From: Candidatus Eiseniibacteriota bacterium
GTDB taxonomy: Bacteria; Eisenbacteria; RBG-16-71-46
DNA length: 23,921 bases
NCBI GenBank assembly: GCA_031366795.1
Contig: JANLOX010000400.1
Span: 1-23,921 of the forward strand
Direction of reading: 5' to 3'
Position 1 is the first letter of the stretch. Each line of letters starts with the position of its first letter. This document shows positions 1 through 11,267 of this stretch, piece by piece. The notes beneath the pieces are model-generated. The model did not search any database. It had not been told where the DNA came from and saw only the letters and a program-made list of their open reading frames with translations. Made by a program: the position numbers and the translations under genes.

Positions 1-12
1 AGGAGCGCCGGC

Positions 13-753
13 ATGCGATGGATCTTGAATGGATGCGCTGCGTTGCTGTGCTGGGGCTCGGTGGCTGCGGCCGCTGGGAGCCCGGACTCGTTGCACACCG
101 CGGTGAGCCCGCGAGAGCAGGTCATGCGGATGGTCGACGCCTACGGCGGCCGCCTGCCACTCGAGCGCGTGAAGGGCTATCGCATGGACGGCAAGATTAT
201 GGCCGCACAGCAGGGGAAGGAGGGGCCGATGACGCGCACATTCCAGCGTCCCGGGAAATTGCGTGTCGAATTGCGCTACCCCGACCAGGCTGAGACGCGC
301 ATCGTCAGCAGCGAACACGGCTGGCGGGGCGTGGGTAGCGACGTCCGGGCGGCCCACGGGATGATGCTCGACGCGATGGTCATGCAGGCCGCGCGTTCCG
401 ACTTGCCGTTGTTCCTGCTGGCGAATATCGACAGCGTGCATTCGATCGGCCCCATGGAACGCGACAGCCTTCAGCTTGAGGGCCTTGAGGCCCCGTTCGG
501 CGCCGGCCGCTCCCTGCGGGCCTATGTCGACCCCGCGACCCACCGTGTCCTCGTGAGCCAGAGCGTGCTGAAGACCGAGTCCGGGGCGATGGAGTTCGAG
601 ACCCACTACTCGGACTTCCGCAAAGTGGGGCCAGTGTGGTTCGCCTTCCACGAGGACAACTTCGCCTCCGGTATGGCGACCGGGACGATGACGATCGAGA
701 AGGTGACCGTCAATCCCACCTTCAAGCCCGCTGACTTTGCCGCGCCGCGCTGA
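13..753 (+). CDS. Secreted protein, outer-membrane lipoprotein-sorting (LolA-like fold) family
   Basis: AGGAG RBS at 1-5; Sec signal peptide (CAALLCWGSVAAAA); typical family features 'AYGG', 'RPGKLRVEL', 'YVDPAT', 'YSDFRKVG', C-terminal 'VNPTFKPADFAAP'. Confidence 0.7.
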   Translation: MRWILNGCAALLCWGSVAAAAGSPDSLHTAVSPREQVMRMVDAYGGRLPLERVKGYRMDGKIMAAQQGKEGPMTRTFQRPGKLRVELRYPDQAETRIVSSEHGWRGVGSDVRAAHGMMLDAMVMQAARSDLPLFLLANIDSVHSIGPMERDSLQLEGLEAPFGAGRSLRAYVDPATHRVLVSQSVLKTESGAMEFETHYSDFRKVGPVWFAFHEDNFASGMATGTMTIEKVTVNPTFKPADFAAPR

Positions 754-1396
754 GTTTCCGGTTCGAGTCGGGGCGATCGCCTGGCTCGCTTCGGTGCAAT
801 TCTTCGTCATGCAGGCCGTCGTGCAGTCGGCATGGACGACGCCCTACAGCCTCGTCACCAACTACATCAGTGATCTCGGCAATACCGTGTGCGCGCCCTA
901 CCCGCAGCGTTCGGCGAGTTATGTCTGCTCCCCCTGGCACGCGGCAATGAATGTCTCCTTCATACTCGTGGGGCTTACCACGATGGGCGGCGCCGTGTTC
1001 CTGCGGCGCGCGTTGGAGTCGTCCCGCGCGTGGTGGTGTGGGCTCGGGCTCATCGTCATCGCGGGCGCTGGATTCGTGCTCGTCGGAATGTTTCCTGAAA
1101 ACGTCAGCCTGCCGTCGCACAAGGCGGGCGCCGCGCTGCAGTTCGTCTGCGGAAACCTTGGCCTCGTGGTATTGGGAGCGGCCCTGCTGCGGTTCCGGCG
1201 CGCTCCAGGGTTGGCCGCGCTGGCGGTCGCCGCCGGCGCCATCGGCCTGCTGGCGACCGTGTTGTTCGGCACCGGGCACATGTTGGGATTGGGCACGGGA
1301 GGGATGGAGCGGTTCGCCGCCTATCCACTCCCGGCGGGATGCGCCGTCATTGGCGGCTGGCTCGTTTCGCCGGTCGCATTTCGGGCGCGACGGTAA
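737..1396 (+). CDS. DUF998-family membrane protein
   Basis: About five hydrophobic segments; 'YSLVTNYISDLG...C...CSPWHAAMN' and 'GGMERFAAYP' motifs; TTG start overlaps the upstream gene by 17 bp (start uncertain). Confidence 0.75.
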   Translation: MPRRAEFPVRVGAIAWLASVQFFVMQAVVQSAWTTPYSLVTNYISDLGNTVCAPYPQRSASYVCSPWHAAMNVSFILVGLTTMGGAVFLRRALESSRAWWCGLGLIVIAGAGFVLVGMFPENVSLPSHKAGAALQFVCGNLGLVVLGAALLRFRRAPGLAALAVAAGAIGLLATVLFGTGHMLGLGTGGMERFAAYPLPAGCAVIGGWLVSPVAFRARR

Positions 1397-1405
1397 CGCG
1401 GAGTC

Positions 1406-1414
1406 TGCTATCGT
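1406..1414 (+). promoter_or_regulatory. Candidate extended -10 promoter element (TGCTATCGT)
   Basis: TG-n-TAnnnT about 75 nt upstream of the 1490 ATG, in the intergenic gap. Confidence 0.3.
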
Positions 1415-1489
1415 CGTGTTGCCTCACGTCCGCGCCGCTCGCCACTGCCGCTTCGAACGCCGCGAAGTCTTGCGTGCGGGAGAGATGCC

Positions 1490-2578
1490 ATGTTCCCCTC
1501 GGTCCGCAATGTGATCCTTGCCGCGTTGTGCGGCATCGCCGGAGTGTATCCTTGCGCCGCCTCCGCCAAGCCGGCCTATGTGGACATCACATGGCTGTCC
1601 ATCACGAACATCCACTACGAGATCGGATCCCTCGGCATCCTGACCGACGGCTATATCACCCGCATCCCTTCGACGAATTTCTATGGCGGTGGCGGCGGCC
1701 TGAAGTCGACGCATACGGCGTCGAAGCCCGACGTCGTCGCGGTGACGCGGGTCATGAATGCAATGGGCGGCCCCACGAAGTTTAATATCCTGCTCACGGG
1801 CCACAGCCACTTCGATCACGCCTTCGACACCGCGACCTGGGCGACGCTGACCGGGGCGCGCATCATCGGCTCGAAGACGACGTGCTTCCAGGCTCAGGCG
1901 CAGGGCATCACCGCGGACCGGTGCACGGTGGTCAACGGTGGCGAGAAGCTCGCGCTGTCCCCCGAGGTGACGGTGCGCGTGGTGCGCTGGAACCACAGCG
2001 GTGATTCGAAGACGAATCCCGAGCAACACAACCCGGTCGAGTTGAACGCGGCGCCGGTCCCAGACCCGGCTACAGGGGGTTTGCGCGCGGGCGTGGCCGA
2101 GGACTTCCCCAATGGCGGAGGCGGACGCGCCTACCTGTTCACCGTGGACGGAGCCAATGGGCCATTCAGTTGGTTCTATCAGAACTCGGCCAGCGCCACG
2201 GACTTGAATTCCCCGATCATCGTGGATGGCATCAACTACGGCGCGCCGCTCGCCAACCTGAAGGCCGCGATGTCGGACGCGGGGCTGACGAAGGTTGATC
2301 TGTGGATCGGTTCGGGCGGCACGTCTATCGCGCAACTCGTGGTGCCGGTGATCAAGCCTAAGGCCTACATCCCGGTGCACTGGGACTCATTCACCAGCCC
2401 CTTCCTGTCCGGTGTGACGAAACCCTTCCGCGACCCCGCACTCGCGTCCTACCTCAAAACCGCCGGGACGAAATTGGTTGCGCCCGTGAACTACATGGAC
2501 AAGTGGCGGCTCGACGGCAGAGGCATCCAGGTGGTCTCGAACACGGCGGTCAAGCATGCGCTGGGGTTCACGAGGTAG
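1490..2578 (+). CDS. Secreted MBL-fold metallo-hydrolase (UlaG-like/beta-lactamase superfamily)
   Basis: Signal peptide; HxHxDH motif 'GHSHFDH' (1802-1819), 'WNHS', and late 'IPVHWD'. Confidence 0.85.
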   Translation: MFPSVRNVILAALCGIAGVYPCAASAKPAYVDITWLSITNIHYEIGSLGILTDGYITRIPSTNFYGGGGGLKSTHTASKPDVVAVTRVMNAMGGPTKFNILLTGHSHFDHAFDTATWATLTGARIIGSKTTCFQAQAQGITADRCTVVNGGEKLALSPEVTVRVVRWNHSGDSKTNPEQHNPVELNAAPVPDPATGGLRAGVAEDFPNGGGGRAYLFTVDGANGPFSWFYQNSASATDLNSPIIVDGINYGAPLANLKAAMSDAGLTKVDLWIGSGGTSIAQLVVPVIKPKAYIPVHWDSFTSPFLSGVTKPFRDPALASYLKTAGTKLVAPVNYMDKWRLDGRGIQVVSNTAVKHALGFTR

Positions 2579-2600
2579 CGCGCGGTGCGGGCGCTGGCGC

Positions 2601-2672
2601 CGCGTCGCGCGGCCCAACGCGCGGCGCGTATCGCGAGTTGAGCGGAGGCGGGTCAGATCCGCGCTCCGCTCA
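2601..2672. terminator. Two GC-rich hairpins between convergent genes (possible bidirectional terminator or stability elements)
   Basis: CGCGTCGCGCG/CGCGCGGCGCG (2601-2628, one G-U pair) and TGAGCGGAG/CTCCGCTCA (2639-2672); no U-tract. Confidence 0.45.
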
Positions 2673-2689
2673 TCTCAGGGACTGCCTCG

Positions 2690-3328
2690 TTACTTCGCCG
2701 CGCGGTTGGTGAACCAGATCTGCGGCGCGTTCGTGACGCCTGCCTGCTCCATTGCCGTCTTCAACTCCGGCGAGGCCGCGAACGCCTTGGCCGCTTCAGC
2801 GGTCTTGAAGTCGTGGGTCACGGTGATGTCGTTGGGGTTGTCCGCTGAACGGTACACGGCCTGTGCCGTGACGCCCATCTTCTTGCGCGTGACGTCGAAC
2901 GCGTCGTAGGTCTTGCGCCACGCCGCGTAGTCCGCGACCTCGTGCCGCACGTACATTCGCACGCCGTTTGCCTCGGCCGAGCGGGCGCCCGTGGGCGTCG
3001 TGAACCAGATCGTCGGTGCGCCGGCGACGCCGGACGTTTCCATCGCCGCCTTGAGTTCCGGCGAAGCCACCATTGCCTTCGCCGCTTCCAGCGTGGCGAA
3101 GTCATGGATCACCGTGATGTCGTTCGGGTTGTCGATCGAGCGGTACACCGCCTGCGCCGTGACGCCCAACTTCTTCTGGGTCGGCTTGAACGAGTCGTAG
3201 ACCTTGCGCCACGCCGGGTAATCGGTGACGTCGTGCCGCACGAACATCCTGACGCCTTTGGCGTGGGCGGGCTGCGCGGCAACCGCAAGACCGACGGCGA
3301 GGAGGGAAGCGATGAAGATAAGACGCAT
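2690..3328 (-). CDS. Secreted protein with two tandem ABM/cyclase-like (dimeric alpha-beta barrel) domains
   Basis: GAAAGGGA RBS before ATG at 3328; signal peptide ending AHA; two near-identical ~92-aa units 'VRM(F/Y)VRH(D/E)V.DY.AWRK.YD.F...YRS.DNPNDITV.HDF.T.EAAKA..ASPELK.AME..GV..AP.IWFT'. Confidence 0.8.
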   Translation of the reverse strand: MRLIFIASLLAVGLAVAAQPAHAKGVRMFVRHDVTDYPAWRKVYDSFKPTQKKLGVTAQAVYRSIDNPNDITVIHDFATLEAAKAMVASPELKAAMETSGVAGAPTIWFTTPTGARSAEANGVRMYVRHEVADYAAWRKTYDAFDVTRKKMGVTAQAVYRSADNPNDITVTHDFKTAEAAKAFAASPELKTAMEQAGVTNAPQIWFTNRAAK

Positions 3329-3381
3329 GAAATCCCTTTCAGTGGGGAAATGGAACGGCGCCAGCGGATGCGGCCGCCGGG

Positions 3382-3390
3382 AAGATAGCA
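3382..3390 (-). promoter_or_regulatory. Candidate extended -10 promoter element (TGCTATCTT)
   Basis: TG-n-TAnnnT about 54 nt upstream of the 3328 start. Confidence 0.35.
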
Positions 3391-3399
3391 GGTGCGCGC

Positions 3400-3436
3400 C
3401 ACGGCAACGATTCGCATCGCACGGCAACGACTCGCA
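3400..3436. repeat. Direct repeat CACGGCAACGA(T/C)TCGCA x2, 20-bp period
   Basis: 3400-3416 and 3420-3436 match at 16 of 17 positions; intergenic. Confidence 0.85.
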
Positions 3437-3477
3437 CGGCGGTGACTTCGCGCGTCCCGCGCCGAATCCGGAAGGCG

Positions 3478-5268
3478 CTAACGCACGACCGCGAGCCGCC
3501 GCGAGACACGCTCGCCCGCAGCGTCCAGCACGCACCAGTAGATGCCGCCTCGCACCCGCGTCCCGGCGTCGTCGCGGCTATCCCACTCGAGTTGGTGCTG
3601 CCCCGCGCTGAACCGGCCCTGTTCGATCACTCGAACCGTCCGGCCCTGAGTGTCGATGATGGCAAGTCGTCCGCCGGTCGCGGCCGGCAGCGAGAAGGCG
3701 ATGCGCGAGGGGCCCGTGGCGGGGTTGGGGGCAGGGGCCGCAAGTGACACGCCCGAACGTCCCGAGTTCGCCGGCAGCACGCTGGTGTTGCCGAGGCGCT
3801 CCACCATCTTGAAGCGGTGATCCACGCTCGACAGCGTGGTGTCCTGCACGATTCCTGAGGGCCAGCGGATCTTGATCCTGTCGACCTGTGTGTTGGCGCC
3901 CAATCCGAAGTGGACCGTCAAGGCGCTCTGCGAGCGATAACCGGTGCAGCCCGAGATCTCGCGCATCTGCGTCACGCCGCCGGCGGTGAGCCATACACGC
4001 GCGCCCAGGGCAGAGCGGTTCGAGACCGTGCCCTCGAGGTCGAGTTCAATCCAGTGGTTGCCGTTGGCGAGATCGTTCCGCAGCAGCAGGTTCGGCCGCT
4101 GCAGGTAACTCGAGAGGTAGAGATCGAGGTCGCCGTCGCCGTCGTAGTCGCCCGCCGCCACGCCGGCATTGGTTCCGGTGCCGACCAAGGGCCCCGTGGT
4201 GTTCTCGGTGAAGGTGCCGTCATGGTTGTTGTGGAACATGTGGTTCACACCGAACTCGGTCGAGCTCACGAACAGGTCGATCCAGCCGTCGTTGTCGAAG
4301 TCGCCCCAGCACACGCCTACGCTGTGCGCGCCGAGCACGAGGTTGGCGGGGGTGACGTCCTCGAAGGTGCCGAAATTGTTGCGGAACAGGTGGTTCGGTT
4401 CGTTCGCGTGCGCGGTGTAGATGTCGAGGTCGCCGTCGTTGTCGTAATCCGCGCTCGCGCCCGAATGTCCATTGAGCGTGTTGGCCAGCACTGGCGTGGT
4501 GATGTTCGTAAAGCCCCCCGCGCCATCATTGCGCATGAATACGCTGGGGTAGGTGAGGAAGCGGATCAGGTAGGCGTCCGGGTCGCCGTCATTGTCGAAG
4601 TCGCCCCAGGCGATGCCGTCATTGACGTTGACGCCCAGTGAGTCCGTGGTGACATCGACCAGCGCCGTGCCCGTGTTGCGCAGCAGCTTGCTCGCCTGGT
4701 GGAAGTAGGCAACGTAGAGGTCGAGCAGGCCGTCGCGATCATAGTCGACCCAGGTGGTCGAGTGGCCATGCGCGACGTCGAGCAGCACGCCGGAGGTGAT
4801 GTTCGTGAACACTCCGCCGCCGTCGTTGCGCAGCAGGCGCATCGGCTCTTCCTCGAGCGAGATGAACAGGTCGAGGTCGCCATCGTTGTCGAAGTCGCCC
4901 CACGTCTGGCCGCTCCCGCTGCCACTGGTCAGCAGCGGAGCGGGTGTCACGTCGGTCCAGATGCCGGGGCCGTCATTGCGGAAGAACGATCCCGGGTGCA
5001 GTCCCTCACCCACGACACAAATGTCGAGGTCGCCATCGCCGTCGAAATCGACGAAGGCGACGCCCTTCTTGTCCTTGGTCCAGACGGTGTCGGCCAGGTC
5101 CGCAGTGGTGACGTTGGTCCACTGCGCGTGCGCGGCGTGCGGCGAAATCGCGGCGCAAACGACCATGGATGCGGCGACCAGCAGCGTTTTGAACGCGTGT
5201 CGAGCCTGCGCGCGCTGGGGACCCGACGCTACCGCGTGGCTGGAGTAGTGGAGACCAAAGTCGGGCAT
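3478..5268 (-). CDS. FG-GAP (VCBS) repeat / ASPIC-UnbV (CRTAC1-like) protein with C-terminal FlgD-Ig/T9SS-like domain
   Basis: Signal peptide ending AHA-Q; seven 'D(F/Y)DxDGxxD' repeats; ASPIC/UnbV signature 'SNRSALGARV...GYRSQS...VHFGLG...IRWPSG'; CTD 'PNP...WDSRDDAG...GIYW'. Confidence 0.9.
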   Translation of the reverse strand: MPDFGLHYSSHAVASGPQRAQARHAFKTLLVAASMVVCAAISPHAAHAQWTNVTTADLADTVWTKDKKGVAFVDFDGDGDLDICVVGEGLHPGSFFRNDGPGIWTDVTPAPLLTSGSGSGQTWGDFDNDGDLDLFISLEEEPMRLLRNDGGGVFTNITSGVLLDVAHGHSTTWVDYDRDGLLDLYVAYFHQASKLLRNTGTALVDVTTDSLGVNVNDGIAWGDFDNDGDPDAYLIRFLTYPSVFMRNDGAGGFTNITTPVLANTLNGHSGASADYDNDGDLDIYTAHANEPNHLFRNNFGTFEDVTPANLVLGAHSVGVCWGDFDNDGWIDLFVSSTEFGVNHMFHNNHDGTFTENTTGPLVGTGTNAGVAAGDYDGDGDLDLYLSSYLQRPNLLLRNDLANGNHWIELDLEGTVSNRSALGARVWLTAGGVTQMREISGCTGYRSQSALTVHFGLGANTQVDRIKIRWPSGIVQDTTLSSVDHRFKMVERLGNTSVLPANSGRSGVSLAAPAPNPATGPSRIAFSLPAATGGRLAIIDTQGRTVRVIEQGRFSAGQHQLEWDSRDDAGTRVRGGIYWCVLDAAGERVSRRLAVVR

Positions 5269-5426
5269 GATGTGGGGGGGCGCCGTTGGGGAAGGGGAAC
5301 GCTCAACATGAAGGCCGGGCGCCGAGGGCTTGGCACCTCCCCAAGTGTACCGCGAAGTGCCCCATGGGGACGAGGCTAATTACGGACCAGTTGCGGGTCC
5401 GCTGGGCCCTTGCGCGGCAGGCGCTG

Positions 5427-8111
5427 TTACTGCTTCGCCAGCTCCGCGCGCCAGTTCAACACGATGGTGAGGTCGGTCGATATCGCGAAATTGCCCGGCG
5501 GGGCGAGCACGATCCCTCCGCTCAAGTCGCCCTTGAAGGCCAGCGCAGGTGTGTTAAGGACCGGGCGAGGGAACTCAGCGAATGAGTTGCCCACGGCTCC
5601 CGTGATGGGGTCAAAGTCGAGGTATCCAATCCCCGTCGGAGTTCCAATCTCAAGTTCCCGCCCGTCCACGCGCCAATGGGCGAATGCGCCGAATTTTGTC
5701 GAGACCTGTCGCTTGTTGCCCGCGCCCGGATAGGACTGCACATAAACAGCACTGTGCCCGGACTCGTTTGACTGGTAGGCACACCAACGGCCATCCGGGG
5801 AAATCTCGGCCCTGAGCTCGTCGAATGGGGTGACCAGGTAGGGCGTGGGCGTATGTGCGCCCGTCATGGGAACTTGCCAGAGGTCCCAACCGGTCTTCTC
5901 CGCGAGCGTCTCGACGATCAATGCCTGTCCATCCCGCGACCAATCGCTCACGTACTTGAGCAGCGACCCCGCCGTCATGATGGCTTCCTCGCGCGCCGAT
6001 CCATCCGACGGTTTCACAAACACATCCCAGCGCGAGTTACGGTTGGAGGAGAAGGCGATCTGGCGGCCATCGGGAGACCAGGCGGGCCGGTCCACGCGGC
6101 CGGGGCCATCGGTGAAGCGCGTCATCGAGCCGCGCGCGAGATCGATCATCCACAGGTCCGACTCGTCGGTGGACTCTCGCAGGATGACCAGCGCGTGAGT
6201 GCCATCGGGAGACAAGCTCACGTTTTCGTATGGACCCGCCGGCGCTGGAACGCGGCCGAGCAGCTTCCCGCTGCGATCGAACCACCTGAGCTCGAGGGGG
6301 GTTGCCTGCTGGCTGAAGTACGCCAGCGTGCCCTGTTCCGATGCCGAGAACGGCGGGGAGCCGAGGAACTCGCTGTCTCTCGGTTCGTCGCGCAAGACGA
6401 CGGGCTCGCCCTGGAGTTTCCGGCTTGACGCGTCGAAGCGTTGGGCCACGATCCTGCCCTTGCGGCCAAACAGCAGGTAGCCGGGATTCACGTACACGGG
6501 TGTTCCCCCGGCCGACATCAGGAGTTGTTTCTGTTGCGACTCGGTGGAGCCGACATAGACGGAGTACTCGCCGTCGTGATTGGGCAACGATACGAACAAG
6601 AAGTGAATGCCATCCGGTAGGAAGCGCGGAAAGCGGTGCCCCGTCTCGGTGGCCTCGAGTGTTGTCGCGGGGCTGGGCTTGCCGCCTTCCTGTGAAACCT
6701 TCATCAGCGGACCCGAACCCGTCGGCGCGTAGACGATGGTTCCCCGCGACCCCCAACTGCCGCCGCGACCGCTATTATTGATGGAGCACAGCACTTCAGG
6801 GGTTCCGCCGCGGGTGTCGGCCTTCTTCAACTTGTCCTGTGTACTGAAGACGATGGACCGGCTATCGGGGGACCAGAACAGCACCGTGCTGTTCTCGCTG
6901 CCCGGGAGCAACTGCCCTTCGAGGGCGTCCAGCGAACGCACCCACACCGCCGAGCGGCCCGACGAATCTGAAACCGAGGCCGCAATCTTCGAGCCGTCGG
7001 GTGACACGGCCACGCAGGCAGGCTCGCGGGGAAAGCCCAGCGCGATCGGGGGCGTTGCGATGGAGAAACGCATCGTTTGCTCCGGCGCCTGCGAACGCGT
7101 AACCAGCATCCACGCGAGTACGGCCGTCGTCGAGGCGAGCAACGCCGCGAGGGCGAACCCCATGCGCGAACTCCGCTGCGCGGTGCGCGAGGCACTAGCG
7201 TCGATTGCGGGCGCTACCATGCCGATCTTCGACGCCGAGGGGGCGTGACCGCCCTCGAGCACGAGCCGCGCCTCTCCGATGTCGCGCAGGCGCTTCTTCG
7301 CGTCCTTCGTGAGGCAGCGCTCGATCAACTCACGCACATTCGGCGGCAGGCTCGTGGGCAGTGCCTTCCAGTCCGGCTCGCCCTGCAGGATCAGTGCGAT
7401 CATGTCGGACACGGTCTCGCCCGCGAACGCCTGCTGGCCCGTAAGGCATTCATAGAGCACGCAGCCAAACGACCAGATGTCGGTGCGGCGGTCCACGGCG
7501 CGACCGCGCGCCTGCTCGGGGCTCATGTAGGCGGCGGTGCCAAGGATCACGCCCGCGCCGGTCATCGCGGTGAGCGCCATCGTCGGCGAGGCACTCAGGC
7601 CCGCATCCGAACTTGAGCCCGCTCCGCTACCGCCCTTGGCGAGCCCGAAGTCGAGCACCTTCACTTCGCCCGTGGGCGTGAGTTTTACGTTGCCGGGCTT
7701 CAAATCGCGGTGGATCACGCCGCCTTCGTGCGCGGCCTCGAGGGCCGCCGCGATCTGGCGGCACACGTCGATGGCGTCATCCACCGCGAGCGGCCCGTGG
7801 ACAACGCGCTCGGCGAGCGTCTCGCCATCGACGTACTCGAGGACCAGGAACCGCTGGCCGTCGGCCTCCTCGAGCCCGTAGATGGCCGCGATGTTCGGAT
7901 GGCTCAGCGAGGCCAGCAGCCGGGCCTCACGCTCGAAACGCCCCAGCCGGTCAGGGTCGCTCGCGAACGCTGCGGGGAGCACCTTGATCGCCACCGGACG
8001 GTCCAGCTTCGTGTCGCGGGCCAGGTAGACGATACCCATGCCGCCACGACCGACTTCGCGTTCGACCGGGTAATTGCCGAGGCGTGCGGGCAGACGAGCT
8101 GCGTCGGTCAC
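5427..8111 (-). CDS. Hanks-type Ser/Thr protein kinase with transmembrane segment and TolB/PD40 beta-propeller
   Basis: GRGGMG, VAIK, HRDLKPGN, DFG, YMSPE motifs; TM segment 'GFALAALLASTTAVLAWMLV'; repeated 'WSPDG/SPDG' blades; likely GTG start at 8111 with GGAG upstream (ORF track start 8147). Confidence 0.92.
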   Translation of the reverse strand: MTDAARLPARLGNYPVEREVGRGGMGIVYLARDTKLDRPVAIKVLPAAFASDPDRLGRFEREARLLASLSHPNIAAIYGLEEADGQRFLVLEYVDGETLAERVVHGPLAVDDAIDVCRQIAAALEAAHEGGVIHRDLKPGNVKLTPTGEVKVLDFGLAKGGSGAGSSSDAGLSASPTMALTAMTGAGVILGTAAYMSPEQARGRAVDRRTDIWSFGCVLYECLTGQQAFAGETVSDMIALILQGEPDWKALPTSLPPNVRELIERCLTKDAKKRLRDIGEARLVLEGGHAPSASKIGMVAPAIDASASRTAQRSSRMGFALAALLASTTAVLAWMLVTRSQAPEQTMRFSIATPPIALGFPREPACVAVSPDGSKIAASVSDSSGRSAVWVRSLDALEGQLLPGSENSTVLFWSPDSRSIVFSTQDKLKKADTRGGTPEVLCSINNSGRGGSWGSRGTIVYAPTGSGPLMKVSQEGGKPSPATTLEATETGHRFPRFLPDGIHFLFVSLPNHDGEYSVYVGSTESQQKQLLMSAGGTPVYVNPGYLLFGRKGRIVAQRFDASSRKLQGEPVVLRDEPRDSEFLGSPPFSASEQGTLAYFSQQATPLELRWFDRSGKLLGRVPAPAGPYENVSLSPDGTHALVILRESTDESDLWMIDLARGSMTRFTDGPGRVDRPAWSPDGRQIAFSSNRNSRWDVFVKPSDGSAREEAIMTAGSLLKYVSDWSRDGQALIVETLAEKTGWDLWQVPMTGAHTPTPYLVTPFDELRAEISPDGRWCAYQSNESGHSAVYVQSYPGAGNKRQVSTKFGAFAHWRVDGRELEIGTPTGIGYLDFDPITGAVGNSFAEFPRPVLNTPALAFKGDLSGGIVLAPPGNFAISTDLTIVLNWRAELAKQ

Positions 8112-8176
8112 TTTGGAGCGCTCCGTGAGTTCGGCATGAAGACGCACTCTAACGGAGATCGCCTGCGGCCGTGAAT

Positions 8177-8214
8177 GGCGGTGAGCCGGGCGGTGAGCCG
8201 GGCGGTGAGCCGGG
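8177..8214. repeat. Perfect 12-bp tandem repeat GGCGGTGAGCCG x3
   Basis: Units at 8177-8188, 8189-8200 and 8201-8212, plus GG; lies in the divergent kinase/gcvP intergenic region. Confidence 0.95.
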
Positions 8215-8295
8215 TCGCGGGAGCGCCGTGTGCCGGGGGGAGCCGAGCCGTAGCCGCCGCGCCCCCTCCATCGGGTCGAGGGACAGCACCGGATC

Positions 8296-8304
8296 TGCTA
8301 ATTT
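8296..8304 (+). promoter_or_regulatory. Candidate extended -10 promoter element for gcvP (TGCTAATTT)
   Basis: TG-n-TAnnnT in an AT-richer patch about 70 nt upstream of the GTG. Confidence 0.35.
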
Positions 8305-8375
8305 CTTCCACGGTCCTTAAGGTCATTCCATCGTTCGGCCGGGGCGCCTGCGGCGCCCGTGACAGGAGCTTCTCC

Positions 8376-11240
<2,865 letters not shown>

Positions 11241-11267
11241 CAGCCTTGCCGCGCCGCGAGGCTGCTC

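Noticed and set aside
3385..3402. Sigma54 promoter TGGCGCGCACCTGCT on the minus strand
   Set aside because: GG-to-GC spacing is 9 nt rather than the required 10
4120..5050. Repeated GTCGAGGTCGCC(G/A)TCG elements as a CRISPR or DNA repeat array
   Set aside because: They are the coding DxDGDLD FG-GAP repeats, degenerate and spaced by about 150-170 bp; no cas genes
8215..8375. Glycine riboswitch upstream of gcvP
   Set aside because: No GGAGA...CCGAAG...CTCTCAGG aptamer core is visible in the leader
8175..8375. 67-aa N-terminal extension of GcvP in the ORF track
   Set aside because: Low-complexity translation of the tandem repeat; AGGAG + GTG at 8376 matches the normal GcvP start
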